This document shows positions 12,553-24,384 of a stretch of 64,000 nucleotides of DNA, piece by piece. The DNA lies in contig OZ361260.1 of NCBI GenBank assembly GCA_977018835.1, forward strand, positions 248,001-312,000, read 5' to 3'. A program made the position numbers and the translations under genes. The notes under the pieces were generated by a model. The model did not search any database, was not told where the DNA came from, and was given only the letters and a program-made list of their open reading frames with translations. Positions within the stretch are counted from its first letter, which is position 1, and each line of letters begins with the position of its first letter. The stretch is from Minutocellus sp. GHC0000111 (taxonomy: Eukaryota).

Positions 12553-13457
12553 CTTCTGAGTTTCTTTTCCTCTAGTGCAGATGTTGCTGCACACACACAT
12601 ATATTGTATACCACACGAACATGGGAAAGGAGGGAGACGAAGAAGGGAGAGAGGTTAGGAAAATGCACTGCAGGTACATGGTATCGTTGATATCGATTGA
12701 TTCGAGTTGGACTCGACGCAAAATATCACGGCCTAAAAAGAAAACCACCTGGCGCGAAAAGATGTGCTTCTCGGCCATCCAATACCGGCCCTGAAGATAT
12801 TGAAACATATGGGTGGATGTTGTCATCAGCGATGCATGCGGAAGAGGTCGCCCGTTCCGTCTCTCTTTCTCCCGCCCGCCCTTTTCCTCCTCGGCTTTGT
12901 CTTTCTGTACTTTACAGCCAAACTGCCGAACCATGACCGCATCTCCTTTCCGCGGCCGGCGGCTCCACGAAGTGCATTAATCTCACCAGTCTATCCATCA
13001 TACCTAGGTAATGTGCTTATGGGCCTTACAGGACTTCAAAGCCGACCGACCAAACGAACAGCAAGGGGAAAACGATCCGAAGCCGAAAAGCACTCCGGAT
13101 GCCGACGTCGGCGAACTCTGCGGTTGTCGCCTTGTCCCTCGATTCTCACCGCACCACCTCCCCAAACACCCCCCGCCCATACAAGTTTGCATCGACGAGC
13201 GTCGCGGTAAGGGGTATCCGACAAAATCGCCGCATCTACGCCAGCACATACACACACACCATCGCCAAGACGCACCTAAAAGAGAAGAATGGAACAAGAG
13301 GAGCGGAGGGACGACGGATGGACGCTAAAAAAGAATTGGTGCTTCGCACACTCGCAGACCCAGCAGAGCTTATCTTGTGCTACCGATAGAAGCTCAAAAC
13401 CGTACCCGTGCCATATCATCTTTTACACCAACAAGAACAACATCGACGACAGACAAC

Positions 13458-14093
13458 ATGATGGGCAGGGGCGATGTATACATGACCAGGCATGCTGCAC
13501 GAGCCGATCGTCAACAGAAGTGGCGACCCTTTCCCGGTCATTCAGACGAAGACTGCGAACTCTCCCCAGATGGAGAGGCATCAGCCGTAGAACTCAAGAA
13601 CAAGTTTGATTCCATTCCTCTGGCGCATATTGTCTCGCGTCCATTTCTTCGGTGCATACAAACCGTCTTGCCTATAGCGATAGCCAAGGGACTACGGATT
13701 AAAATTGAACCTGGTATTGGTGAGGTGGATTCAACTGGATTTTTGGACGCAAATCGCTCAGCTTTGGAGCACAACTTCCCCATCGACCTACAATATCAAC
13801 CGATATTGCCCCGACACAAGCTTCAACCTGAGTGGGGCGACGGAGAAGCAGCAGCTCGGTCAAAGAAGACAGTTTCCGCGATCCGAAAAAATCTCGATGG
13901 TCCCATTCTTTTCTGTGGTCACGGTGCAAGTTGTCTGGGTATAGCACAAGCAGTTAATGGTGGCGGTTATGTCGGATATTCATCGTTTAGCCATTTCATT
14001 TTTGATGGAAATGTTTGGCACGTTGAAGCAATGGGTGATGTCTCACATTTATCATCCAGACATGCCAAAGAATCTCTCGCAAGTGCGTGGTAA
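13458..14093 (+). CDS. Histidine phosphatase / phosphoglycerate mutase family protein
   Basis: TRHAAR, PFLRCIQT, EPGIGE and ILFCGHG motifs. Confidence 0.85.
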   Translation: MMGRGDVYMTRHAARADRQQKWRPFPGHSDEDCELSPDGEASAVELKNKFDSIPLAHIVSRPFLRCIQTVLPIAIAKGLRIKIEPGIGEVDSTGFLDANRSALEHNFPIDLQYQPILPRHKLQPEWGDGEAAARSKKTVSAIRKNLDGPILFCGHGASCLGIAQAVNGGGYVGYSSFSHFIFDGNVWHVEAMGDVSHLSSRHAKESLASAW

Positions 14094-14294
14094 TGTCATC
14101 TCCTGTACAAATCTCCTGTACAGCAACCAAGGATATAATGCATCATTTATTTGCAATCAGATCATTCTACATTTTTCGAATAAGGTCAACTCAAACCATT
14201 ATTTGCAGTGTATTGATTTACGCTTTAGGTACCGAACGATGCCACCTGGTATTCCCCGTTTCGTCGTGTGTGCAAACTCACACAAACGTAATTC

Positions 14295-14807
14295 CTATGG
14301 CATCTTATCCAGCGGCCTATTAAAACCACCTTTCCGATTCATGTACTGCCGATATTTGCGGGCCTTGGTCTTGTTAGCGGCACCTTTGGCAGCAGCTTTT
14401 TTATTATCTTCCACGGCCTTGCCCGATGTGCTTCCGAAGCCACCGGAAAAGCCCAATAGCATTCGCATCTGCTCCTCTTCGTCCAAACCCTCCAACGCGG
14501 TATCATTCACTTCCACTATTTCGTCAGCCGCTGATGATCCTGCGCCTCTGTGCTGAGCAGATGCCCCTCCTCCTGTTGTTGTAGGCCTACCACTACCACC
14601 ATCGGCCGACGTCTCCGCCGATGCCAGCCGCTTCTCCTCGGCCTCGTTCTCGGCCCTCAACCGCGCCATGCGCGCTCTGCGCTCCTCTTCCTGCTTTTCC
14701 TTTTTGCTTCGCTCTTGCAGGTCTCTCCCACGATCGGGAGACCTGGACCGACTTCGGCTTCGCGACCGCGAGCGATCCCTACCGCCACGGCCACCGCGAC
14801 GATCCAT
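14295..14807 (-). CDS. SNRNP27: U4/U6.U5 tri-snRNP 27 kDa protein
   Basis: RS-rich N-terminus and a C-terminal FGSTSGK...RKYRQYMNRKGGFNRPLD. Confidence 0.92.
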   Translation of the reverse strand: MDRRGGRGGRDRSRSRSRSRSRSPDRGRDLQERSKKEKQEEERRARMARLRAENEAEEKRLASAETSADGGSGRPTTTGGGASAQHRGAGSSAADEIVEVNDTALEGLDEEEQMRMLLGFSGGFGSTSGKAVEDNKKAAAKGAANKTKARKYRQYMNRKGGFNRPLDKMP

Positions 14808-15109
14808 ATTGCTGTGATTGTTGACTTGCTGCTTTTGGACCGAATACTCGTGCTAATAACAACGTAATAAAGAATTGCCAGCTCATAACCTCAAAATCTG
14901 TCTCATAACCCAATTGAGCTCAGCTGATTCTTTGAGGGCGACTGCTGCAGACGGTTCATCCGCCTCGTCACCTATTGAGCTTGAAAAGCGCCTCGCGATC
15001 GCCGGCCTCGCCTCTCGCCTACGCCTCTCGCCTCGCGGCTTCATCTCGCTCAAGCCTCACGGCCTCACTTGGTGCTGCTGCGTGCCTCGGCCTCATAAAT
15101 TTTGCGACC

Positions 15110-16174
15110 ATGGTGGACCTACTTCCCGACAACGTGGATGCCATCCAAACCTTCCTTCGCCAGAAGGGATGGATTGGATCCTCAACCTCTGTATCCTCGC
15201 TGGCTTCCGCCGGTGAGGGCAACATGAATCGGGCTTTGCGTGCCACACTCGACAACACTTCCGAGGTTTCCCCAACCACACTCATTCTCAAACAATCGGT
15301 GCCATTCGTGGCCAAGTATCCTCAAATTGCCGCGCCTCAGGACCGTTTGGATGTAGAGGCAGCCTTCTATCAGGTCACATCAACAGCGGCCAATGTACAG
15401 CGCTACATGCCAAAGATGATCCACTACGACCAAGGAACAAACATCATGTGCCTGGAGGATCTGGGCGGAGGAGCCGACATGACTGCAGGGTACAAGAATG
15501 CCTCAGGATCGGTGGGCGGGGGCAATAACAATGTATTCAATGCCGAGCACAGGCAGACACTGATGAAGTGGCTATCATCTTTACATTCCATTGATCTCAG
15601 CACTAGCGAGAAGCAGGATGCATTCGTCAACATGGAAATGAGAAAGCTAAACGCAACACATATTTTTGACCTACCTTTGGCACCAGACAATGGCATCGAT
15701 TTGGATGGCTTTGCACCCGGTTTACAGAAGCTGGCGGCAGGTGATTACGTCGGCAATACAAAGTTGATGGACCAATCGAAACGATTGGGTGACATTTACC
15801 TGGGAAAAGCGACCAATAATTCAAGCAACTGTCTTCTTCATGGAGATTATTACCCCGGTTCCTTCCTGAGCAATGACGAGACCGGCGTAAAGATTATCGA
15901 CCCCGAATTTGCATTTTATGGCCCAGCAGAATTTGATTTGGGCGTATTTGTTGCTCACTGCTGCTTCTGTGGAGTCAGTTTAGACGAAATTGAAAAGGCT
16001 TTGGCATCGTATGATCGACCCTACAATAGAAAGTTGACCATGGCATTTGCTGGTATTGAGCTTCTTCGCCGATTGTTGGGCGTGGCCCAACTGCCTCTCC
16101 CCGCTGATACGACGTTGGCAACAAAAGAACAATGGCTGAAGAAAGGGAAGGAGTGGCTGTTGGACTGGAGCTAA
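15110..16174 (+). CDS. mtnK: 5-methylthioribose kinase-like phosphotransferase (APH family)
   Basis: AGEGNMN, LILKQSVPFVAKYP, LLHGDYYPGS and IIDPEFAFYGPAEFDLG motifs. Confidence 0.75.
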   Translation: MVDLLPDNVDAIQTFLRQKGWIGSSTSVSSLASAGEGNMNRALRATLDNTSEVSPTTLILKQSVPFVAKYPQIAAPQDRLDVEAAFYQVTSTAANVQRYMPKMIHYDQGTNIMCLEDLGGGADMTAGYKNASGSVGGGNNNVFNAEHRQTLMKWLSSLHSIDLSTSEKQDAFVNMEMRKLNATHIFDLPLAPDNGIDLDGFAPGLQKLAAGDYVGNTKLMDQSKRLGDIYLGKATNNSSNCLLHGDYYPGSFLSNDETGVKIIDPEFAFYGPAEFDLGVFVAHCCFCGVSLDEIEKALASYDRPYNRKLTMAFAGIELLRRLLGVAQLPLPADTTLATKEQWLKKGKEWLLDWS

Positions 16175-16333
16175 ATAGCTCCTTGCGCGTTCCTACGCGA
16201 TTCTTATCTGACTAAATGAATTTCATTTTATAAAACTACATGTATATATAAATGAGATGTAGGAAAGATATCGATATGACACGACAGTCGGTGGCTCCTG
16301 CCTGATGCTTCCCCAATAGAATAGGCAACAAGC

Positions 16334-18721
16334 TCAGACCTCCAGATCGCTCTTGCACTCAGTGCAGCAAGAACACAGAACGCCTCCCTCCATTCCACGC
16401 CCTCTGCACGTCATAACAAATTCAGCTAATGCATAATCTCTTGTCAATGAGCAGACTTCCTCCGGAACAATACCATCGATATTTGTATTCGGAGCCATGA
16501 GTCGGCTCAGTTTCGATAGCTGGCCAAGTTCAGGGGGTAATTCGCCCGAAATTTTGTCATTGTCGCTCAACACCAATACCTCGAGATTCTTGAGGGCTCC
16601 AAGTTCACTGCTAATGGTTCCGCTAAATTGATTTTCTTCCAATCGCAGCTTCTCCATCGCGATCATCTTGGTGATGACATCTAATTTTCCACTCAAATTG
16701 TTCTTGAAAGTAAAGAGATGCCTCAGCGCCTTCAGGTTGCTCCAGCTTTGCGGGAATGATCCCTCGAAGCCATTGTGGTCAATGTAGAGATGCTGCAGTT
16801 TCGACATCTTCGACATTGACGGAGGAAGCTCACCGGTGAGAAGATTTTTGTACAGTGTCAGCTCCTTCAACCTTGGCATTCCCTCGCCAAAAGAATCGCT
16901 GAGCGTTCCTGAAAATTTGTTTGCATCCAAATAGAGTATGGATAAATTGTCAAGGCCCGAAAACGAAGGAACACTGCCGGAAAGTAAATTTCTGCGCAAA
17001 CGCAAGTCTACGAGGTTGGGCATATTTTCGAAAATGCCGTCAATGCCACCACTGAGGAAATTGGAATCAAGATACAGCTCTCGGAGGTCGGACAAATCTG
17101 ACACAGTCTCAGGAATCGTCCCGTTGATTTGGTTGTGATAGAGATTGACAAGACGAAGCCCTTTCATGTTGCCGATGCTGCTGGGTAAATTCTGGATTGA
17201 ACAATTTTCTAGACGGAGAAATTCAAGCTTTGTCGCTGAGCCAATCTCATCAGGAAGGGCAGTGATATCGTTGTCTTTAAGATCGAGTGAAATCAAATCT
17301 GGCAGTGCTGTGAATATTTCCCCCGGCAAAGCACCTCTCAGTCCGTTGGAGGGGAGTGCAATCGCCGTGATGCCATTGTTTGCATCATAATGTGTCTCGG
17401 ATAGAGCTCCATTCGGGTTGTGATGACAGGTGATACCCTCCCATGCACAAAGGCCTGTAGCAGAGAACCAGTTATTGGCCTTGACCCACTGTGCATCTTC
17501 GTCATGAGGCTCACCATTATTTTCATCATGCTCTTGGAGTTTCCTCCTCCTACCCGCGAAGTCGGCCACGTTGTTCTGGTTTGATTCATGTGTAATCGAG
17601 GCAAACCAGAGACATGCCAGCGCATATCGCTGCGAACATATATATGGATTCTTCACAGCAATTTTAGAAGGATCATCGTTGGCTATCCATCGAAGTGCCC
17701 TCGATTGAAGGTTATTAGGATCGTCGAATGAACTTGCACTCGAAACACCAGATTTGACAAGGATGGCCTTCATCGCCTCTGATCGGTCCTTCTGTGGCAA
17801 ACGGATGCCCAGGAAACTCGTGCCATCACCCTCGCCGACATTCAGACCTACAATCCCAATGGTAACAACGGCAGCAGCGGCAGCGAGTACAAGAATAAGC
17901 TTCTTGTGCTGCCCGCATTTGGATATGACGGTGCCGCGCAAGGTCGAGCATGCGCCTTCCTCCTCCTCAATCCCTTCGAAAATGCTCGGATCAAAATCCA
18001 TGGCTGAGTTGCTGTGCCTTCGAGGGGCGATGTTGCGGTGAATTTCAGCATCTTCATTCTTTTTCTTGCGGCCATCACCGCCGAAGAAGGAGGCACGAAA
18101 CCGACTGCTACCTCCGAGGACGGAACTGCGAAGATCAACACTGAAGAGAGAGGAGCGACGTCTATCGGCTCCACCACCACCAGCACCACCGGCCATCCGA
18201 ATGGCCGATAGATCGATGTGAGCATTCGATGTCGAAGTTCGCTTACTGGGACTCCCCCCAGCAGCACCTCGGCGGTGAGACGTCCCAAATAAGCCCCTAC
18301 CAAAGACGCCCGAGGAGGAAGGATGCTGACCCTGTCCACCCTCACCGCCCATTGTGTGAACTACCTCATCACCGTCGTCGTGTTCACGCCAAAGAAAGCT
18401 CCGTGCGAAGCTATCTCTCGCCACGGCACTTGACGCAGCGGAGCTGGTGCCGCTACTGGTACCCAAGCTACCTTCAATGGTGTCGTTGTCGGTGTTCACC
18501 TCGCTGTTATTTCTCGAAGACACGTTGCGAGACGAAGCGGCAGATCCAGAACCTTCGACATCACCGCCGACCGCCTCGAAAATTTGCATGGCAGAGCGCG
18601 AGGCGCACATGTCCATGACACGCTGAGCCTCGGCCCGGGCTCTCTCTCGTTCGGCCTGCCGTTCCAGGCGTCCCAACCCACTGCCGCCGCCATTCTTCTC
18701 TTCTTCACCGGCGGAGGACAT
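16334..18721 (-). CDS. Single-pass membrane leucine-rich-repeat protein (diatom L-domain type)
   Basis: TM helix, QSRALRWI...QRYAL...NW...CAWEGITC cap, many plant-type LRRs, and a C-terminal CSCCTEC. Confidence 0.9.
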   Translation of the reverse strand: MSSAGEEEKNGGGSGLGRLERQAERERARAEAQRVMDMCASRSAMQIFEAVGGDVEGSGSAASSRNVSSRNNSEVNTDNDTIEGSLGTSSGTSSAASSAVARDSFARSFLWREHDDGDEVVHTMGGEGGQGQHPSSSGVFGRGLFGTSHRRGAAGGSPSKRTSTSNAHIDLSAIRMAGGAGGGGADRRRSSLFSVDLRSSVLGGSSRFRASFFGGDGRKKKNEDAEIHRNIAPRRHSNSAMDFDPSIFEGIEEEEGACSTLRGTVISKCGQHKKLILVLAAAAAVVTIGIVGLNVGEGDGTSFLGIRLPQKDRSEAMKAILVKSGVSSASSFDDPNNLQSRALRWIANDDPSKIAVKNPYICSQRYALACLWFASITHESNQNNVADFAGRRRKLQEHDENNGEPHDEDAQWVKANNWFSATGLCAWEGITCHHNPNGALSETHYDANNGITAIALPSNGLRGALPGEIFTALPDLISLDLKDNDITALPDEIGSATKLEFLRLENCSIQNLPSSIGNMKGLRLVNLYHNQINGTIPETVSDLSDLRELYLDSNFLSGGIDGIFENMPNLVDLRLRRNLLSGSVPSFSGLDNLSILYLDANKFSGTLSDSFGEGMPRLKELTLYKNLLTGELPPSMSKMSKLQHLYIDHNGFEGSFPQSWSNLKALRHLFTFKNNLSGKLDVITKMIAMEKLRLEENQFSGTISSELGALKNLEVLVLSDNDKISGELPPELGQLSKLSRLMAPNTNIDGIVPEEVCSLTRDYALAEFVMTCRGRGMEGGVLCSCCTECKSDLEV

Positions 18722-19022
18722 TTTGACGAGTGATATGTAAACTGGCTGAAGAGTTGCGAGTACCGAGGAACATGAGCCCCGCCCGCCGCCCGCCAAAGGG
18801 CCGGTTCGTCCGGTTCGTTTGTGCGCAAAGATGCTCGAGACTGGCCCATTCGTAAATACACTCCCACAAGAGTTTCGTCTTTCTGTAGCCCGTGATGGCC
18901 TCATTTTTGCTTTTTTGCTCTGCCAGAAGAAATGACACGACGCCGCCGCTCGTACTTCGAGTACTGACTTTTATCTACCGTACTACATGTACGAGCACTC
19001 GCCGTAGAGCACTTTTAGCAGC

Positions 19023-20351
19023 ATGAACGGCGGGAGCAGCAGTAGCAATATGAACGGCGGCAGTCCTACTCTGCCGAGAAGGCTCAGTGGCACCAGGCTT
19101 ACCATCTCTCGCAACAACTCCCGCTCTTCGTCTTTCGCTTCGGCAAATGGGGGCCTATCGCAGTCAAATCATTGCCCTTCCAATGGTGGCGGGTATCGCG
19201 CCAGCCAAAGTATGAACAGCATCAACGAGTTGGTGGCCGCAGACACATCGTCGTCATCTGAGAGTCAGCCGACACGGGCAAAGCCCAGCAATGAGGGTGG
19301 CCTCCCACCGATCCGATGGATTCAGAATCGCCTGGATTGGCGCGGGAGCGATCACTTGCCGCAATTTTGCCATGCTCATGGATTGGGACGGGTCGCTGCG
19401 TTGGCCATGATACTGGGTGCCGTGATGGCCGTCCATGCCTTGATACTTGTGCAGATCCATCTGCACAGTCGTGGCTGGATCACTATCAACATCCTGGATG
19501 GTAGCCATTCCATACTGACACCAGAACGGATACAGCTTATCTATCAATGGGCACTGTACGTTGTGGGACTTACTTCGTTTCATACATTGGAGTTCTTCAC
19601 CACTGCGATATATAATCACTCGGTAACAACGGCAGATTCCTTTGTCATCAATCAGAGCATGGCATATACCACGGCCGCGCTGGTATCGTGGATTGAATTT
19701 TGGATTCGATTTGCATTCTTTCCCTTTGTGAACAGCGTCCCATTGAGTTCCATTGGTTTGGTCTTGGTTATCAGCGGGCAGGTCGTTCGTGCCCTGGCCA
19801 TGATCACCTGCGGGGAGAGTTTCAACCACTTGATACAGCAAACCAAGAAGGACAATCATGTATTGATCACCCACGGAATGTAAGTGAGAAAACAACGACG
19901 TAACATTTTGTCGTACAAATGTATTCACATGAAGCAGACTTTGTTTTTCATTTTTGGGCAATATCTCATACTTCCCATCATATCTTACTTCCATACCGTA
20001 CGCAGCTACAAGTATTTCCGACACCCATCCTACGTCGGCTTTTATTACTGGTCCGTCGGCACGCAGCTATTGTTGGGCAACCCCATATGCGCCGTTTGTT
20101 ACAGCTTGGCTTCTTGGTACTTCTTCAAGAGGAGAATACCATACGAGGAGGGGACACTGCTGAAATACTTCCCAGATGAATACCCGGCCTATGTGGCGAG
20201 CACTTGGTCAGGTCTGCCCTTCATATGGTCCGATATTGTGATCGCACAAGAGGGCGGAGGTACCGGTACGACTCAAAGAGCAAGCAACTCTGCTAACCAT
20301 CAGGAGGTGAGCTTCACTGCAGATGGCTTTGCCGATAAGAAATTGAGCTAA
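19023..20351 (+). CDS. ICMT: Isoprenylcysteine carboxyl methyltransferase; intron 19880-20005
   Basis: Spliced sequence reads SFNHLIQ...HVLITHGIYKYFRHPSYVGFYYW...RIPYEE. Confidence 0.92.
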
Positions 20352-20565
20352 GCTAATAAAATACATGGTGTTGTAGTTGAAAAGAAATGGATGTATAGCT
20401 GTGCTATATATAATACATTGATTGGAATTTCAAGCAGAAACGCGAACGGTCCAATACCACGGAACTCCGATCAAACACAAATGCCCACATATCACTGCCC
20501 CCAAAACGGCCGACAAACGAGCTCAGAGAGAATTCAATTCACAACGCAGCCGTCATGTATATTGG

Positions 20566-20805
20566 CTATGTGCCACCGAGGATCAGTTCAAAGAAAATAA
20601 CAATCACATTGCAAGCAATGACCGGAACCTTGAGGTACTGAATCGCATTGTACAAATTGATGGCTTGTACAACAAGTGGCGATTGTGTGTGCGGATTGAC
20701 CTCATCCCAGCCATACTTGGCAAGGAATCGTGGCTTGTTGATAATTAGCGCAGCATTTGTAAACAATAGGCCCGCCTTGAACAGATTGTAGAGGGAGAAG
20801 CCCAT
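20566..20805 (-). CDS. Yos1/IER3IP1 ER-Golgi transport protein
   Basis: 79 aa: LLFTNAALIINKPRFLAKYGW...LKVPVIACNVIVIFFELILG. Confidence 0.85.
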   Translation of the reverse strand: MGFSLYNLFKAGLLFTNAALIINKPRFLAKYGWDEVNPHTQSPLVVQAINLYNAIQYLKVPVIACNVIVIFFELILGGT

Positions 20806-21356
20806 GGTGTTGAGCTATGCCCTCCTGCTCAATGTCCTGCTTGCTTCCCTCTCTCGTTGGACAAAAGGATAAGTTACCGGCACTTCTCGTGCACAAATCG
20901 CAACAGCAAAAACTTTTGCACGAATAGGCTCGTCACCCAAAGAAACAATATCCGCTCAGGGAATTGCAATTTGCTGCAGATGACAACGGTACCAACGCAT
21001 ACGACGAACTCCACTCTCGCTCGCTCGGGTTTGACTTGTCGCCTCACCTCCTTTTATCAATATCCGGGTTCCTTTTGAACCAGCTGTGCATTTTTCGTGA
21101 GAGGTGGAGATGAGGGGAATGTTGCTACCGGTCGCCAGCAGGAGTGAATGGAGTTAAATGCTAATGTACGTTTACATGGAGCTCATTACAAGCTACCTAT
21201 ATGGATGGCAGAGAGGCCATTGGAACCGCTAGCCGCCAGAAACCAGCCAACTGTACGCGAAGACCGTAGCCGCCGCCGCCGCTTCTGATTTCTGACCAAC
21301 AACGCTTCATCCACCTCAAGATTCTACCACCCAATTCCTTCCCTTCCTGAGATCTT

Positions 21357-22214
21357 TTAGCGGTAAAGATGCTCGCTCAAAAGGTTCTTGGCAATCTGCT
21401 TCTCCCACTTGTCACCGTTGGACAGCAGCTTCTCCTTATCGTACAAGAGCTCCTCGTGCGTTTCAGTGGCGAACTCAAAGTTGGGTCCCTCCACGATGGC
21501 ATCGACGGGACAGGCCTCCTGACAGTATCCGCAGTAGATGCACTTGGTCATGTCGATGTCGTACCGGGTGGTCCGACGGGCCCCATCCTCTCGCTCCTCG
21601 GCATCGATGGTGATGGCCTGGGCCGGGCAGGCGGCCTCGCACAGCTTGCAGGCGATGCACCGCTCGTCTCCGGAGGGGTACCGGCGAAGAGCGTGCTCGC
21701 CGCGGAATCGGGGGCTGAGGTATCCCTTCTCAAAGGGGTAGTTGATGGTCACCTTGGGCTTCATGGCGGCCTCGAAGCAGAGGATGAAACCTCTCCAGAT
21801 CTCCGTCATGAAGAAAATTTTTGACGACCTCTCGAAGATGTCGTTCCAAGAAGTCTGCGGAGCCCCCCCAACAAAAAGCACAGCATCACCATACCATATC
21901 ACACCACAACGCGCGGCGTCGACACAGAATATAGAAATAAGCAATAGTGTTAGGAAAGCGCATAAAATGACAAAGGAGACATATATATCTTCAGGGAAAA
22001 GCCCGAGACCCCTCCGTCCGACGAAGGGTAGGGCTTCGGCGGACCCCAAAAAACACGGCAGAAAACTTACCGGCAGAATGGTGTCCTCCGTTCGCCCCAT
22101 GGTGACGACCGAGCGGGACGCGCCATCGGCGGCCGCAAGGACTCCCCGGTTGGCCGCGAGGGCACGGGAAAGACCCGCCGCCGCGGTCCTCCGGCTGGCT
22201 GCAAGGAGCGACAT
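21357..22214 (-). CDS. NDUFS8: Complex I Fe-S subunit TYKY; intron 21855-22070
   Basis: Two CxxCxxCxxxCP motifs, TINYPFEKG and [18 protein letters not shown]. Confidence 0.97.
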   Translation of the reverse strand: MSLLAASRRTAAAGLSRALAANRGVLAAADGASRSVVTMGRTEDTILPVSFLPCFLGSAEALPFVGRRGLGLFPEDIYVSFVILCAFLTLLLISIFCVDAARCGVIWYGDAVLFVGGAPQTSWNDIFERSSKIFFMTEIWRGFILCFEAAMKPKVTINYPFEKGYLSPRFRGEHALRRYPSGDERCIACKLCEAACPAQAITIDAEEREDGARRTTRYDIDMTKCIYCGYCQEACPVDAIVEGPNFEFATETHEELLYDKEKLLSNGDKWEKQIAKNLLSEHLYR

Positions 22215-22340
22215 GGCGTTGAAATGGAGGAGGAGGAGACGACGGCCAGAAGTCCGTTGGTAGGAAGGGGAATTTCGGGGGAAACTTGCCCCTACATACG
22301 TTTTATGCGACGTCATTCGACACAAAAGTGCAACATCAAG

Positions 22341-23550
22341 ATGAAGATCTGGGCATCGACTACGCTGGCGGCAGCCGCCGCTCTTGCGGCCACCCCAACG
22401 TCATATGCATTCACGCAGTCGCTCGGAGTTGCAGCCCGGCCGTCATCTGTGTCGTCAATTTCTGCGTCGACATCGCAACTGTCGAAGCAAAGCGCCGCCA
22501 CCGCTACTTCCTCCTCCACATCGCTTGCGGCAGAGGGCAGTGATGAATCTTTTCCTACCGCCGACACCGACCTGTCTGACGTGGGCTTTGTCCTGCTCGC
22601 CGGTGGAACCGGTTCGAGGATGAAGGCCAACATGCCCAAGCAGTACCTGACTCTGAGGGGGATGCCCGTCCTGCACCATTCGCTCGATCTGTTCCTCGAG
22701 CGTTTGCCAGTCTTTGCCCGGGAGAATGGAAAGAGGTATGTCATGTGTTGTTGACGGCAATGTGTGTTGCATGAACTCACATTAGAACATCGGTTACAGA
22801 ATTGTATATGCATTTTGGGAATCACTATTTTCTTTTTTTGGGTACTGATTGCAATTATTTGTGTCATAACTCTGCGATCAAAACCACTTCGCAATGACCG
22901 ATTGTTGCCATGGTGCATATGTCAACAGTGGACCACCAATGGTTGTCCTCGTGATGGATCCCAAATATCAGCCGGAATATCAGCCCATCGTGGACAAATA
23001 CGCAGGTCGGCTGGCATTTGCCAACCCAGGAGAGGAGCGACAGGGGTCCGTGGAGAATGGTCTGAACAAGCTGGTGGAATTGGCCGGAGACAGCTGCAAG
23101 TACGTCGCCGTTCACGATAGTGCCCGTCCACTGGTCACCATGAAGGAGGTTTGCGACGTCATATCGGACGCCAAGGAGCATGGGGCGGCAGTCCTCGGCG
23201 TCCCGTGCAAGGCCACGATCAAGGAGAGCGAGGATGGGTCCATGGTCCTTCGTACCATCCCCCGGGCTCGATTGTGGGAGGTTCACACTCCTCAGGTGAT
23301 CAAGATTGACACATTGCAGCGCGGACTTGCCAAGGTGGAAGCGGAGAATTTGGAGGTGACGGACGATGTTTCGATCGTGGAGCAGCTCGGTGAGCCCGTC
23401 AAGCTGACTCTGGGAGAATACACCAACCTCAAGATCACAACTCCCGAGGACATGAACCTTGCCATCAGCATTTTGGACGAGCGAAAGATGGAACCAGTCG
23501 ATTTGTTGGATGAAGCCTACGGCTGGGAGATAGACGCGCCAACAAAATAA
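22341..23550 (+). CDS. ispD: MEP cytidylyltransferase, plastid-targeted; intron 22736-22928
   Basis: [10 protein letters not shown]...[21 protein letters not shown] and NLKITTPED motifs; signal peptide with an A-F cleavage motif followed by a transit peptide. Confidence 0.95.
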
Positions 23551-23721
23551 ATGAACGGAGCTGGCATTTGTTGTTGTTGATGACCGACAAGATGGAGAGA
23601 GAGAGAGAGAGAGATCTGCAAAATGTCATCTACTTTCTTCGCTTCTCATCTTCTGATTATGTCGATCCTATAAAACGTCTAGATCTACGTAGAAAATTGT
23701 TTTACATGTAGCAGATCTACC

Positions 23722-23958
23722 CGCTCCTTCGGTCGGACGTCCTCAGGCAACTGAGCTTGGATGTTAGGCGGTGGTACACCGGACTAGGCGAAAGCAAGAA
23801 CGGAGATCCAGTGTCCCGGCAACGGTCCGCAGTTCGAGGGTACGGTGATAGGGTACCACACATTAAGCGAAGCTTCTTGGCTGGCGCGGAGGCCTTTGTG
23901 CGCCCTTGGATTGATTCCTAAATAAGGTTAACCATAGAATAGAATAGAATAGAATGCA
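23722..23958 (+). mobile_element. 237-bp SINE-like retroposon or non-LTR 3' end
   Basis: Flanked by the 13-bp direct repeat TAGCAGATCTACC (23709-23721, 23959-23971). Ends in an (ATAGA)n tail and contains several tetraloop hairpins. Confidence 0.8.
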
Positions 23959-24384
23959 TAGCAGATCTACCGGTAGGAATCCTACACATGTACGACGGCT
24001 CGTGCCAGAAAGTAGCTACCGCTACATTTATGTACCGATAGCTGGAGGACTACTAAGTAGTAGTCGTACATGCATGTAAAATGTCTACTAAGTCTTCATC
24101 AATGTATGTGTCTGAGCTGCGCCTGCTTCTCACCATGCCGTTGCTGCTGCTGCTGCTGCGCTGGTGGCTGGCGTTTGCATTTTGGTGCGGCGCAAAATGT
24201 TTTGCGTTTTGATCAGAATCACGTTACACAAAATTAGGCTATTGGTACTATCATTGTCAAGTTTTCCTAGAGGTGTATTCTTTGGGTGAAGTAGGAAGAC
24301 AGTGTAGGTTCAAAAACCTAGCACGTCCCCCTGCGCAAAGCATTGCTACTCTCCCTCGAGCGAGCGCATATTTATTTGTTCACC

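Noticed and set aside
21855..22070. Hydrophobic insert within the NDUFS8 ORF
   Set aside because: It is an ordinary 216-bp GT-AG intron that happens to lack stops.
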